64,000 nucleotides of DNA from a virus. The translations under genes and the position numbers were made by a program. The stretch is taken from IMG/VR virus record IMGVR_UViG_3300042503_001836, positions 32,001 through 96,000 of that record; one strand, written 5' to 3'. The first letter of the stretch is position 1, and every line of letters starts with the position of its first letter. Shown piece after piece: positions 20,465 through 29,331 of this stretch. A model generated the notes under the pieces. It was not told where the DNA came from. It did not search any database and saw only the letters and a list, made by a program, of their open reading frames with translations.

Positions 20465-20725
20465 TTATTCTCCCACTAATGCAGCGTATTTTAAACGATA
20501 TTTTTCACCATTTATGGCATTTATCGCATCATCTTCTTCTATGATTAGCTGCTCCATTCTCTTAACTAACTCTTGCGCTTTTTGTCTGGAACAATTAACC
20601 AAAGGTCTGTTTGGTGGCAGTTTACAGAACCTTTCATGCTCCTCACTAGGAAGCTGTTTTAGAATTGCAATCCTTTCTTGGCGGATTGCTTCAAGATTGT
20701 CTTGTAATTGTTTTAGGGTTGCCAT
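20465..20725 (-). CDS. hypothetical protein
   Basis: 86-aa ORF downstream of promoter 20751-20779. Confidence 0.6.
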   Translation of the reverse strand: MATLKQLQDNLEAIRQERIAILKQLPSEEHERFCKLPPNRPLVNCSRQKAQELVKRMEQLIIEEDDAINAINGEKYRLKYAALVGE

Positions 20726-20750
20726 AGCTTGTTTTACTTATTTTTTTTAT

Positions 20751-20779
20751 AATATAACTGCATTTAAAAATAATGTCAA
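20751..20779 (-). promoter_or_regulatory. sigma70-type phage promoter
   Basis: TTGACA-17 bp-TATATT on the minus strand. Confidence 0.75.
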
Positions 20780-20850
20780 GTATTCTATAAGATTATTTTT
20801 AATACAAAATAAAACACTCTAGATTACAGGCTAGAGTGCTAAAATACCTA

Positions 20851-21036
20851 TTATTTTTGCTCCCATGTTATGTAACAATCCTTAAATTCAGGATTATTTT
20901 TAAGAAAGTGATCTTTGATAAATATTGCTCCTAAATAGTCATCAGCAGTAAACCAAGAACTATAAAATATAATCTTACTGGTTTTGTGCTGATGTTTACG
21001 AAGTTTAAAGCGGTAATTGCCCATTTTAATTGTCAC
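20851..21036 (-). CDS. hypothetical protein
   Basis: 61-aa ORF. Confidence 0.45.
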   Translation of the reverse strand: MTIKMGNYRFKLRKHQHKTSKIIFYSSWFTADDYLGAIFIKDHFLKNNPEFKDCYITWEQK

Positions 21037-21202
21037 TAAAAGTAACTAAGAGAACCTTGTGATCATCATGCCAAATATAATCAACAATGCTTTTATTTTG
21101 CTGACTACCTTCTTGCCTTGCTATATGTAAAGCAGATGGACAATCTGTTATTTTTGGATTTTGATGATGAGCAAAATAGCCATTATTATGTTTATCAATC
21201 AT
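21026..21202 (-). CDS. 58-aa hypothetical protein (not in ORF track)
   Basis: MIDKHNNGYFAHHQ...SDN*; ATG overlaps the end of the upstream ORF and fills the operon gap. Confidence 0.45.
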   Translation of the reverse strand: MIDKHNNGYFAHHQNPKITDCPSALHIARQEGSQQNKSIVDYIWHDDHKVLLVTFSDN

Positions 21203-21503
21203 TGCAGTCTCCTATTTTTAATGCTTTTAACTTGGCAAGAAATTCTTGCATATATTTTTCTTCCTTCTCCATAGAGAAAGAATAAAAGGCTGCTAAGGAA
21301 CATCGTCCTTCCATACGGTCAAAAAAGCTTTTCTGGTAATGCCCATCTGTCCAAGTCCATATCTCATCAAACAAGTCATCTGATATGCTGCTTGGTTGTG
21401 ATCTAACATGAATATACTCATCATCAAGATAAGCAATTTTTATTGCTGCTTGATAACATTCCCACATTAGATCATTTACAGATTGTTCAAATACTTCCGT
21501 CAT
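21195..21503 (-). CDS. hypothetical protein
   Basis: 102-aa ORF downstream of promoter 21533-21561. Confidence 0.6.
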   Translation of the reverse strand: MTEVFEQSVNDLMWECYQAAIKIAYLDDEYIHVRSQPSSISDDLFDEIWTWTDGHYQKSFFDRMEGRCSLAAFYSFSMEKEEKYMQEFLAKLKALKIGDCND

Positions 21504-21532
21504 TGTTTTATCTATGTTTCCTTTGCTCTCTT

Positions 21533-21561
21533 ACTATAACTGCATATAAAAATAATGTCAA
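21533..21561 (-). promoter_or_regulatory. sigma70-type phage promoter
   Basis: TTGACA-17 bp-TATAGT; near-identical to the 20751 copy. Confidence 0.75.
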
Positions 21562-21696
21562 GTATTCTATAAAAAAATACTTGACACAGATTTGATTATT
21601 TTAGGAACTTGATGTATAATCTAATAACAACACCAAGAAACACTTACGGTTTATGAAAGTCGTCCTGATAGTCCCTAAGCTATTAGGATTATTTTT

Positions 21697-23301
21697 TTAC
21701 CTGGTTAAGCTTTCAAAATCAGAATCAAAGCAATCTTTTGATTGCAGTTCATTTGCACACCATTTAGCGATCACTGGCTTACAGTCGTTCATTGCGGACA
21801 AGTCATTATGAAAGGCTCGATAGTCTTTATGAGAGCCTTTTAACTGGCATCTTTCAAAAAGTTTAAGCATGAGTAGTCTATTCTTGTACGGAATATGATA
21901 CTTGTCTGCTAAGACTTTGAGCATTTTTTCTACATCTAAGATGGCATCAAACACTTGGGGATAATAGAAATGATGTCTTTCTAAATAAGGCAAGCCCCGG
22001 TACTGTTCATGTATATACAACTCTTGATCTGGTGGTAAGTATCTAGTTGGCATAAAGGGTAGACTGTTTGCAGGTGCTACGTCTACAATCATTTTTGCCC
22101 AGCTTGAAAAAGCGCATATAGAACAGTACAATTGTTTTTCACTAGAATAGAATTGCCGCAAAAGTCCTACAAAAGTACGCATCTGATGACGTAATTTGTA
22201 ACTAGCATCAAATCTTGGGTAATCTCTCTCTAGCAGTTTTCCCTTCTCTACATCAGATTGTGCTAACCGTTCTAAAAGGTAAGCTTCCTCAAGATTATTT
22301 TGGGATCTGTAAGTATTTATCTCAAACAAGTCTAGTCGTTCTGGATAGTCTGCTTTAAACCTGTCAACCATTGCATTAATCAATGGTTCATCTTTAACCA
22401 GCCGATTTTCCTTAGCAGTAGCACAGACTATTTTGCTAATGTCCTTACGTCTGCCAAATTTAGAAACGCCTTGCTTATCAGTAGAAACTAAGGTTTCTTC
22501 ATACAGCATATTAAAATCCAGACTGAAAAGTTTATCCCACTGCCAAGTTTTCAGATCACAACCACGTCCAGGTACACCCCTGGTAGTAGTCAATGCTGCG
22601 GGTAAAGTAGTATTTACAATCTCGATCCGGTCTTTTGATAGTTGGTCAAGTGAGGATACGCCACAATCCCTTCTAATTTTATAAATCGTCCAGAATATCT
22701 CTTTCAGATTATTGATGTGCTTGAAGGCGTTTTTCTGTACCTGTGGAGGCAAAACTGCTAAATCCTGGTAGTAGCTTTTGCCGTCCCTAAACTCTAGGAG
22801 ATGTTGCCAGATATCGGAAATGTGATCTCGGAAGTATTCTAGATTAGCTACTTTATGATCCGTCCTCCTTAACATTTCCGCAGTGATGTCTAGACGGTCG
22901 TGTAAGGAGTCCAAATCAGTCTGCCCTCCTAAATGTACCTGAAACCCGGTAACGTGCTGTATATAGGCACGTAGTCCAATATGCCCAATAGAGACTAGAG
23001 ATTTTATTGCTTCGGAGTTCCTTTCTATTTCTGCATAGTAGGCAATTATCCCAAAAGCATAATTGCTGTCAAAAAGATTCTGATGCCCAAAGACATCTAG
23101 CAGATATTGAGATTCTGTCTTTTTGTAAAAACATTGAAGCGGTTCATAGTTAGATAATGTTTGTCTTACGTTATTGACTAATCTACCTACTGTAGTTTGA
23201 TGCACTCCAGATAGTTTAGCGATCGCTTCCTGATTTAACCCAGTTTGACCACCATCCAAGGCAATGAAATACTGGTCATCCTTAAAAAATTGGTACGGCA
23301 T
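21697..23301 (-). CDS. 534-aa protein with N-terminal HTH (antirepressor-like) and possible C-terminal HNH-like domain
   Basis: LNQEAIAKLSGVHQTTVGRLV HTH; CSIC...LERHH...RCQLKGSH...FH. Confidence 0.55.
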   Translation of the reverse strand: MPYQFFKDDQYFIALDGGQTGLNQEAIAKLSGVHQTTVGRLVNNVRQTLSNYEPLQCFYKKTESQYLLDVFGHQNLFDSNYAFGIIAYYAEIERNSEAIKSLVSIGHIGLRAYIQHVTGFQVHLGGQTDLDSLHDRLDITAEMLRRTDHKVANLEYFRDHISDIWQHLLEFRDGKSYYQDLAVLPPQVQKNAFKHINNLKEIFWTIYKIRRDCGVSSLDQLSKDRIEIVNTTLPAALTTTRGVPGRGCDLKTWQWDKLFSLDFNMLYEETLVSTDKQGVSKFGRRKDISKIVCATAKENRLVKDEPLINAMVDRFKADYPERLDLFEINTYRSQNNLEEAYLLERLAQSDVEKGKLLERDYPRFDASYKLRHQMRTFVGLLRQFYSSEKQLYCSICAFSSWAKMIVDVAPANSLPFMPTRYLPPDQELYIHEQYRGLPYLERHHFYYPQVFDAILDVEKMLKVLADKYHIPYKNRLLMLKLFERCQLKGSHKDYRAFHNDLSAMNDCKPVIAKWCANELQSKDCFDSDFESLTR

Positions 23302-23306
23302 ATGTT

Positions 23307-23531
23307 CTATGGTTGTGTTTGCTGTTCTAACGCTTGTTTCATAACCTGAAATACTTTCTTGATTCTGGAATAGCTTGCTGTTTCATAGCCAGAATCAATC
23401 CAAATGCGGACTCGTTTATAGCTAAAGCCTGTCTCACTTGCTAATTGTCTTTTAGACCATCCCAACTGCAAGCGCATCAATTCCAGTGTTTCATGCAACT
23501 TGTTAATGTCAACCTGTCTTAAGTCTAACAT
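23307..23531 (-). CDS. XRE/Cro-like HTH regulator
   Basis: MRLQLGWSKRQLASETGFSYKRVRIWI. Confidence 0.75.
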   Translation of the reverse strand: MLDLRQVDINKLHETLELMRLQLGWSKRQLASETGFSYKRVRIWIDSGYETASYSRIKKVFQVMKQALEQQTQP

Positions 23532-23854
23532 AAAAAAAGTCCTAAAAAGTCCACTATCTAAAATATATCAGAAAACGTGCTTTCTTTATAAAAATAAATA
23601 AAACAGCACCATTACACTATAATTTCCTATCTGTCAATCAGTAATTTTTTGAAAAACTCTATTTTTGCACGATACTTCAAATCTTTATACAGTAATAGTT
23701 TTAATGCCAGACGGTAGGAATAAACAAAGGTATCTGCACTATAGTATACAGATATACAGCAATATAAAAAATACTTAAATAAATAGCTGAAACTATTGAT
23801 ATATAAAGCTTTTCACTTTTAATGTTTTTTAGTAAGTGATGTTATTAACTGTAG

Positions 23855-23918
23855 GGTGATCCAAAAGTTCTAAAAACGATAGCTTATATATTATGATTTT
23901 CTCAACTTTTGGATCACC
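23855..23918. repeat. 15-bp perfect inverted repeat with 34-bp spacer
   Basis: GGTGATCCAAAAGTT (23855-23869) / AACTTTTGGATCACC (23904-23918). Confidence 0.85.
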
Positions 23919-24199
23919 TTAGCTTTTTTTGCTATTTTTCTCAGTAAATTATAAGTAATCCGTATTAAAAATAACTTTAGTAAAAAACATATTAAAAACT
24001 ATATTTTAACTCCTAGAATACTTATATAAAGCCCACTCTGTTATTACAAGTCGGCGCGGAAATTCCAATTAGCTAACTATAAACACTTAATTAGGTAATT
24101 TATAAAACAGTAAGCAGTTAGTATAGTAATTATGTACTAAAGTAAAAATTGACAGCACAAATGTTTGAGCATTTTTAGTTAAAAAAACTTTTTAATGCC

Positions 24200-25115
24200 C
24201 GGTTTTCTATTTAATTTTTTAAGCCGTAATAAACCCTATGGATAACTGACATCCTATCCACTAGATGTCAAGGGCTATAGCTGGCTGTTAACCTACAGCC
24301 AGAGTTACTTTAGTTTCTTCAAATTAATCAGGTTGCGAGCCGTCATTCTTTTTAGTCCCCTCAGATAAATCTGTTTTACCCACAGATGGGAGTCAAATTA
24401 CCTTTTAACCAATAGGCTTGTCTGTTTTTGTTTAGGATTCGCGGTCTTCAACATACTTCATCCAAGACGCTAAGTGTCGTTTAGCTGCGTCCTATTTACT
24501 TGATCAGCTAGGTTACTGATATGTGGGTGTTTTTACATCTTGCTCTGATGGTTTTTGCGCTTATACAGTCGCACTTTCGATACCCAATAGAATTTGCTAA
24601 CATCTACACCGCCGCACCTGGAGTCATTTATTTCTAAAAGTAGTTCCCATTGTCGTTTCAATCCAACTCCCTATTAAGAGAGTATTTATACATTCCCCTT
24701 GTCTAGTTAATACCTAATGTTCATGGAAATCGCGCTCAAATATGGATCTAGTTTTTTGGTTCAATCCCTTCAGTAAAGTCTCACTACCTTACTAAATTTT
24801 TGATATCCCCTCAAGTCCGCCCAATTATATTGTCCCCATTTCAGGGTATCGTCATGGCCAACGCAATCTGCACTACTTTTTTATTGATTCACTTTTAATC
24901 CTTACAGGATTTAGGTCTCAACTAGAATCCGCCACGCGCACGCATACGGACTAGAAGCAATTTCCAATTAAAAACTAAATGAGAGTCTTTAATTTTCAAG
25001 CCGGGTAATGACTTCACCGACTCATCTTGCGTTCCTTACTGGTCTAGGGCTTTTATAATAAACGCTGAGGTGTGTTACAACGCTCGATTGTTTCGCCTAT
25101 CAGATTTATTCGATT
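24200..25115 (-). ncRNA. large structured non-coding RNA, GOLLD-like
   Basis: ORF-free, own consensus promoter, many hairpins; ordered motifs (GUCAUUACCCG, UUACUGAAGGGAUUGA..AAAAAACUA, CAGGUGC, GUAAAACAGAUUUAUC) resemble GOLLD as recalled; 3' end approximate. Confidence 0.65.
24655..24691 (-). CRISPR. solitary 37-nt CRISPR-like repeat inside the large RNA
   Basis: GTATAAATACTCTCTTAATAGGGAGTTGGATTGAAAC: 7-bp hairpin plus ATTGAAAC end. Confidence 0.7.
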
Positions 25116-25121
25116 AAATAT

Positions 25122-25150
25122 AATATAACACGGGATAAAATAAATGTCAA
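25122..25150 (-). promoter_or_regulatory. promoter of the large ncRNA
   Basis: TTGACA-17 bp-TATATT with TG extended -10 and no ORF downstream. Confidence 0.75.
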
Positions 25151-25163
25151 CCCCATATAAAAT

Positions 25164-25194
25164 AAAAAAACCTAGTAATTTTGTACTAGGTTTG
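25164..25194 (-). terminator. intrinsic terminator after the solitary repeat unit
   Basis: AAACCTAGTA-CAAAAT-TACTAGGTTT followed by a T run. Confidence 0.75.
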
Positions 25195-25267
25195 AGTTCT
25201 TATTACTTAGAATTAATTAAAACTAGGGGCTTTTCTGTTGCGGTTTCTGATATCTTAGCTGGTTTAT

Positions 25268-25304
25268 GTTTCAATCCAACTCCCTATCAAGGGAGTATTT
25301 ATAC
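25268..25304 (-). CRISPR. solitary 37-nt CRISPR-like repeat followed by a spacer-like segment
   Basis: GTATAAATACTCCCTTGATAGGGAGTTGGATTGAAAC; 35/37 identical to the 24655 copy. Confidence 0.7.
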
Positions 25305-25353
25305 CATAAGCTTGTGTTTTATGGTTTCTAAATTCATTTTAACACAAATGTGC

Positions 25354-25623
25354 TTACTTGACTTCAAATACATAACCAGATTCAGTTACTTTGACTAATC
25401 TCAATACAGTATCAGTCCCGTCTTTTTTCAGGCTACCTTTCCACGCTAGGCAACCAAAAGATGTTTTATCTCGAATGTCTTCCGCTTCCTCTAAAAGCTG
25501 TTTGCATCTAGTATTATACTTTTTCCAAACATCCTCTATTTTGCAGGATGTAAACTTAGCTACAATTTTGTTATTAGCAGCTAAGATATGGTATTCTGTT
25601 TTTTCTGTATTTCTTAAAGTCAT
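25354..25623 (-). CDS. hypothetical protein, co-transcribed with the solitary repeat
   Basis: 89 aa, AAGGAG RBS, promoter at 25736-25764. Confidence 0.65.
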   Translation of the reverse strand: MTLRNTEKTEYHILAANNKIVAKFTSCKIEDVWKKYNTRCKQLLEEAEDIRDKTSFGCLAWKGSLKKDGTDTVLRLVKVTESGYVFEVK

Positions 25624-25735
25624 CTTATTCTCCTTATTTTTTTTTAACTTGACACAACTCGGGATAATGCCTAATTTTAAGAGTCACCTATTTAAGGCGA
25701 TGTTTGGTTTACCTTTGTTTTTTAACCACACTAAT

Positions 25736-25764
25736 AATATAACAGCATTTAAAATTAATGTCAA
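25736..25764 (-). promoter_or_regulatory. sigma70-type phage promoter
   Basis: TTGACA-17 bp-TATATT. Confidence 0.75.
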
Positions 25765-25970
25765 GCATTTTATAAAACTATTTTAGAAGTATAAAATATT
25801 ATACATAAGTTATAAATATTTAAATGTTATACATAATACACTCGGATCAAGACTTATACAAAATCGGGATATCTCACAATCCAGAAAACAAAACCATTCT
25901 AGGTAAATCAGAATAGTTTAGGCTGTGTCCTGAAACCTTAGAATGGCTAGATGAATTTTTGAACAAACAC

Positions 25971-26603
25971 TTAACTTCTAATTCTGTTTACTGAAGGAAA
26001 CCCACCAAATCTTAAAGTATGCCCGTGATATTGTTTACACGCGTCTAAATCTTTTCTACAGGCTCTATTAGCTGGTGTAGTAGGATTGCCAAAGATGTCA
26101 AAATTAAGATTAATAGGTGCTTGACAATCTTGATCGCCTAATTGCCACTGGCATCTTTTAGAATATACCCTAGCTGGTAGTTTCTTTCTTTCTAATGAGT
26201 AGGGAGTTAGGGAAAATGTAAATTGATTTTGATATTCTCCAGTGTACTGATTAATCTTTAAATTTAATTCATAGAATTGTGTAGAGTCAGCCGTAGGTTT
26301 ATCGTCTAAAAACATAGGCTGCGTACGTTTTACGTTTACGTCCGCACCGATAACAAAATAATTATCAATTACATCTCCAACTAAACCAGATATATCAGAA
26401 ACTATTAAGGATGCACGTGCTTCTACACTTTCACCTGATTTGCTAAAACTACTAATTTTACAAGGAAAACCTTGATAAATAGTGTTACTAAAACTTACAG
26501 TTCCATAGTTACAGATTTTAATATCAAAATCTTGGTTTCTGATATTAATTAAATCTATAAATATTTCGGTGTCTAGCTGTTGGGCATTGGATATTAAACT
26601 CAT
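25971..26603 (-). CDS. lambda gpL-like minor tail protein
   Basis: Start likely MSLISNAQQLD; LPARVYSKRCQW...DC...C.K.LDAC...RFGGFP Cys cluster. Confidence 0.85.
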   Translation of the reverse strand: MSLISNAQQLDTEIFIDLINIRNQDFDIKICNYGTVSFSNTIYQGFPCKISSFSKSGESVEARASLIVSDISGLVGDVIDNYFVIGADVNVKRTQPMFLDDKPTADSTQFYELNLKINQYTGEYQNQFTFSLTPYSLERKKLPARVYSKRCQWQLGDQDCQAPINLNFDIFGNPTTPANRACRKDLDACKQYHGHTLRFGGFPSVNRIRS

Positions 26604-26631
26604 AATTTTCCCACAAAGATAATTAAAAAAT

Positions 26632-27089
26632 CTAAGGTATGTGTGCTGAATATAAAGAAACATGATCCACGATATATCCATTAGCAGCACTAGCAATTCC
26701 AAAAGAATGAGTGTGAGTATCTTGCGCTCCTAGTCCGTAGATACTCGCATTAACTGCTGTGCCATTAGCAATGGTAGTCCTAATCGGTGTAAGAAACATA
26801 GGCACTCTAAAAGGAAAATAGAGGAATAGATTTCCTACTTCCGGAGACTGTAATCCATTAGTTATCAACTGAGCGTATCTCTGACACTTAGCTAATTCAA
26901 CAGCGTAATCATCAGAAGTAAAAGCAGTAGCACTACTGCCTTCTTCTAGTTTTGGGCGTGAGATTACCCATGTTCCTGAAGTTTGCGCTCCTACCCTTAG
27001 TCTTACTTCCAATCCATTTGATACCTCAGCAGGTAATGTTACTGTAGCTGTATATCTTGTAAGTGTGGAGTTAACAGTCCATGTAACAT
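26632..27089 (-). pseudogene. 5'-truncated tail-fibre cassette (third paralogue)
   Basis: 104 bp identical to 27906-28009, then a distinct tip ending AHIP; the ATG after the RBS is out of frame with the fibre frame. Confidence 0.7.
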
Positions 27090-27108
27090 GGTTTACAAGC
27101 TACCTCAA

Positions 27109-27537
27109 CTAAATTTTAACTAAATTACTAAAATGCAATTCTTGAACTGCATTATTCCAAAGCGTTTTTTCTTGTTCACTTAACACATACCCATCATTAA
27201 TTAACTCATCAAGACTATCTTTTAATGCTTGTTCTGTTCTAATATTTGACAGGACAGTAATTAAATTAACGTAATCAACAGATAAAATATTGTCTGTTTT
27301 AGCCTCTTGTTTCAAACGTAAATAAAGCGGCTTTAATTCACCTGCTAAAACACTACTATAAAGACCATCCCAATCCGGTAGCATAGGTAGAATAATAACA
27401 TCAGCAGGCTCAGGGGTGTTGCCTTTAGCTAACCACGCTTCATATAATTGCCAGTCACCGTTCTGACCTTGGGGAATTGTTGCACCATCAAATAAACGAA
27501 TTATTTGATTTGGGTTGGAAGTTAGTTTGTAAGTCAT
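27109..27537 (-). CDS. tail-fibre assembly chaperone-like protein (copy 2)
   Basis: [23 protein letters not shown]-terminus; paralogue of 28881-29306. Confidence 0.7.
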   Translation of the reverse strand: MTYKLTSNPNQIIRLFDGATIPQGQNGDWQLYEAWLAKGNTPEPADVIILPMLPDWDGLYSSVLAGELKPLYLRLKQEAKTDNILSVDYVNLITVLSNIRTEQALKDSLDELINDGYVLSEQEKTLWNNAVQELHFSNLVKI

Positions 27538-27541
27538 AAGT

Positions 27542-28861
27542 CTAGGGGATATGCGCTAAAAATGTAGTAAGGTTTAGGGATGCAGCAGCACCGCCAGACG
27601 CAGCACTTCCTATTTGAGTACGCAAAGAGTTTTTTGTAGTAGTAATACCAACAATTACGTAGGAATTAAAGAAATTGCTCCAAGTACTAGAAGTGATAGG
27701 GGCAGAAAACATTTCAACAGGAAAAGTAATAATAGGTGAATGTCCTCTAGCACCAAGTTCGCCATACCAAACAAAATCCTGAGTAATATTTAAAGCGTAG
27801 AAATGCCTTAAGCATCGCAGCAATTCCGTAGAATAGTTACCGCAATTAAAGTCAGTAGCACTACTGCCTTCTTCTAGTTTAGGTCTAGCAATTACCCATG
27901 TACCGGAAGTTTGCGCTCCTACCCTTAGTCTTACTTCCAATCCATTTGATACCTCAGCAGGTAATGTTACTGTAGCTGTATATCTTGTAAGTGTGGAGTT
28001 AACAGTCCACGTACCTGAAGCTATAAGTGTCTGCGTAGGTGTGGCAATCGTTCCATGAGTATCTGATGTGGTGGTTGGTCTAAATAGTTCCCACGTCACA
28101 GTAGATAATTGTGAGTTACTCAGTTCTACACTTAGTGTTACAGTTTTCCCACTAAGTTTGGCTGTGTCTCTACTTTCTAATCTTTGTAATAAATAAACCG
28201 CAGTAGTTAAAGTTGCTCCTCTAATTGTGAGAGATTGATTAGACCTATCAAATACATAGCTAGGATTACCACCAGATGCAGCTAAACACCATTCTGACTC
28301 GCCAGGGTAGCCTAAAGAAGCTGTGGGAAGATTAAGAGAATTAGGTATAGTCCCAGATGCCGCACCTTGGATCACAGCCAAAGCAGGATTTTTTAAATAA
28401 TTAAGACTATTTAATTTAAAAGAAAGATTTAACTTAGCAAAATTTACCGCACCATCTGCTATTTTATCAGTCGTAATTGATCCATCAGCTATAGTATCCG
28501 TAATAATTTCTGTTTTCTGTTCTATAAACGTTGCTGTTATTTGCCATAAATAAGTACCTTGTTGAATTACACTCCACTTATCACAAACATACTCCTTATA
28601 ATTATAAGGAGTATATTGTGTGTCTAATGGTCGCCATCTAAATTTTGTAATTCCACCATAGCTAGTGAACAGGTCAATTATTTCATCTTTATCCGCCGTG
28701 CTTAAATTAGGGATTATTAACTCTGTAGTAGTTCTAGCAGAGTTAGGCGATATAACCATTAAACCATAGCCATCACCTAATTTAGTATTTTGAATTTGAG
28801 CTTTTACCTCTTGACTAAATTCCCATTTAGTTGGTGGTAATATTAATATGGGTGATGGCAT
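27542..28861 (-). CDS. gpM-like minor tail domain fused to a fibre/carbohydrate-binding-like module
   Basis: N-terminal KLGDGY...[10 protein letters not shown]...YVCDKW...ITATFIE; C-terminal [17 protein letters not shown] module. Confidence 0.75.
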   Translation of the reverse strand: MPSPILILPPTKWEFSQEVKAQIQNTKLGDGYGLMVISPNSARTTTELIIPNLSTADKDEIIDLFTSYGGITKFRWRPLDTQYTPYNYKEYVCDKWSVIQQGTYLWQITATFIEQKTEIITDTIADGSITTDKIADGAVNFAKLNLSFKLNSLNYLKNPALAVIQGAASGTIPNSLNLPTASLGYPGESEWCLAASGGNPSYVFDRSNQSLTIRGATLTTAVYLLQRLESRDTAKLSGKTVTLSVELSNSQLSTVTWELFRPTTTSDTHGTIATPTQTLIASGTWTVNSTLTRYTATVTLPAEVSNGLEVRLRVGAQTSGTWVIARPKLEEGSSATDFNCGNYSTELLRCLRHFYALNITQDFVWYGELGARGHSPIITFPVEMFSAPITSSTWSNFFNSYVIVGITTTKNSLRTQIGSAASGGAAASLNLTTFLAHIP

Positions 28862-28880
28862 GGTTTAGAAACTACCTCAA

Positions 28881-29306
28881 CTAAACTTTAACTAAATTAC
28901 TAAAATGCAACTCTGTAACAGCATTATTCCAAAGCGTTTTTTCTTGTTCACTTAAATCATACCCATCATTAATTAATTCATCAAGACTATCTTTTAATGC
29001 TTGTTCTGTTCTAATATTTGACAGGACAGTAATTAAATTAATGTAGTCAACAGACAAGATAATATCTGCTTTTGCTGCTTGTTTCAAACGCAAATAAAGC
29101 GGCTTTAAATCACCAGCTAAAACACGATTATAAAGACCATCCCAATCAGGAAAAATAGACGCGACAATAACATCAGCAGGTTGTGGAGTGTTACCCTTAG
29201 CTACCCACGCTTCGTATAATTGCCAGTCGCCGTTGTTGCCTTCAGGGATTGCGGCACCGTCAAATAATCGGATTATTTGACTAGGAAATTGACTTAATTT
29301 GTACAT
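28881..29306 (-). CDS. tail-fibre assembly chaperone-like protein (copy 1)
   Basis: Highly similar to 27109-27537; follows a fibre gene. Confidence 0.7.
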   Translation of the reverse strand: MYKLSQFPSQIIRLFDGAAIPEGNNGDWQLYEAWVAKGNTPQPADVIVASIFPDWDGLYNRVLAGDLKPLYLRLKQAAKADIILSVDYINLITVLSNIRTEQALKDSLDELINDGYDLSEQEKTLWNNAVTELHFSNLVKV

Positions 29307-29331
29307 ATTTTTGTATTAAAGAAATTGTGAT

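Noticed and set aside
21697-23301. IscB/HEARO-type system (LPFMPT resembles PLMP; large RNA upstream)
   Set aside because: The motif is internal rather than N-terminal, no split RuvC motifs are seen, and the RNA is separated from the gene by ~0.9 kb and another gene.
24200-25115. tRNA cluster or group I/II intron
   Set aside because: No cloverleaf with a TTCGA T-loop could be built, there is no interrupted host gene, and no recognisable intron core or domain V was found.
25226-25267. Spacer-like segment self-targeting the gpL gene (TAAACCAG...ATATCAGAAAC near 26382-26401)
   Set aside because: The match is short, needs a 3-nt gap and is plausible by chance in AT-rich DNA.
24655-25304. Conventional CRISPR array
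   Set aside because: Only two repeats, 576 bp apart and separated by a terminator and a promoter; no regular spacing and no cas genes. Reported as solitary repeats instead.
25144-25398. 84-aa plus-strand ORF
   Set aside because: It runs antisense across the terminator, spacer and repeat, so it is probably spurious.
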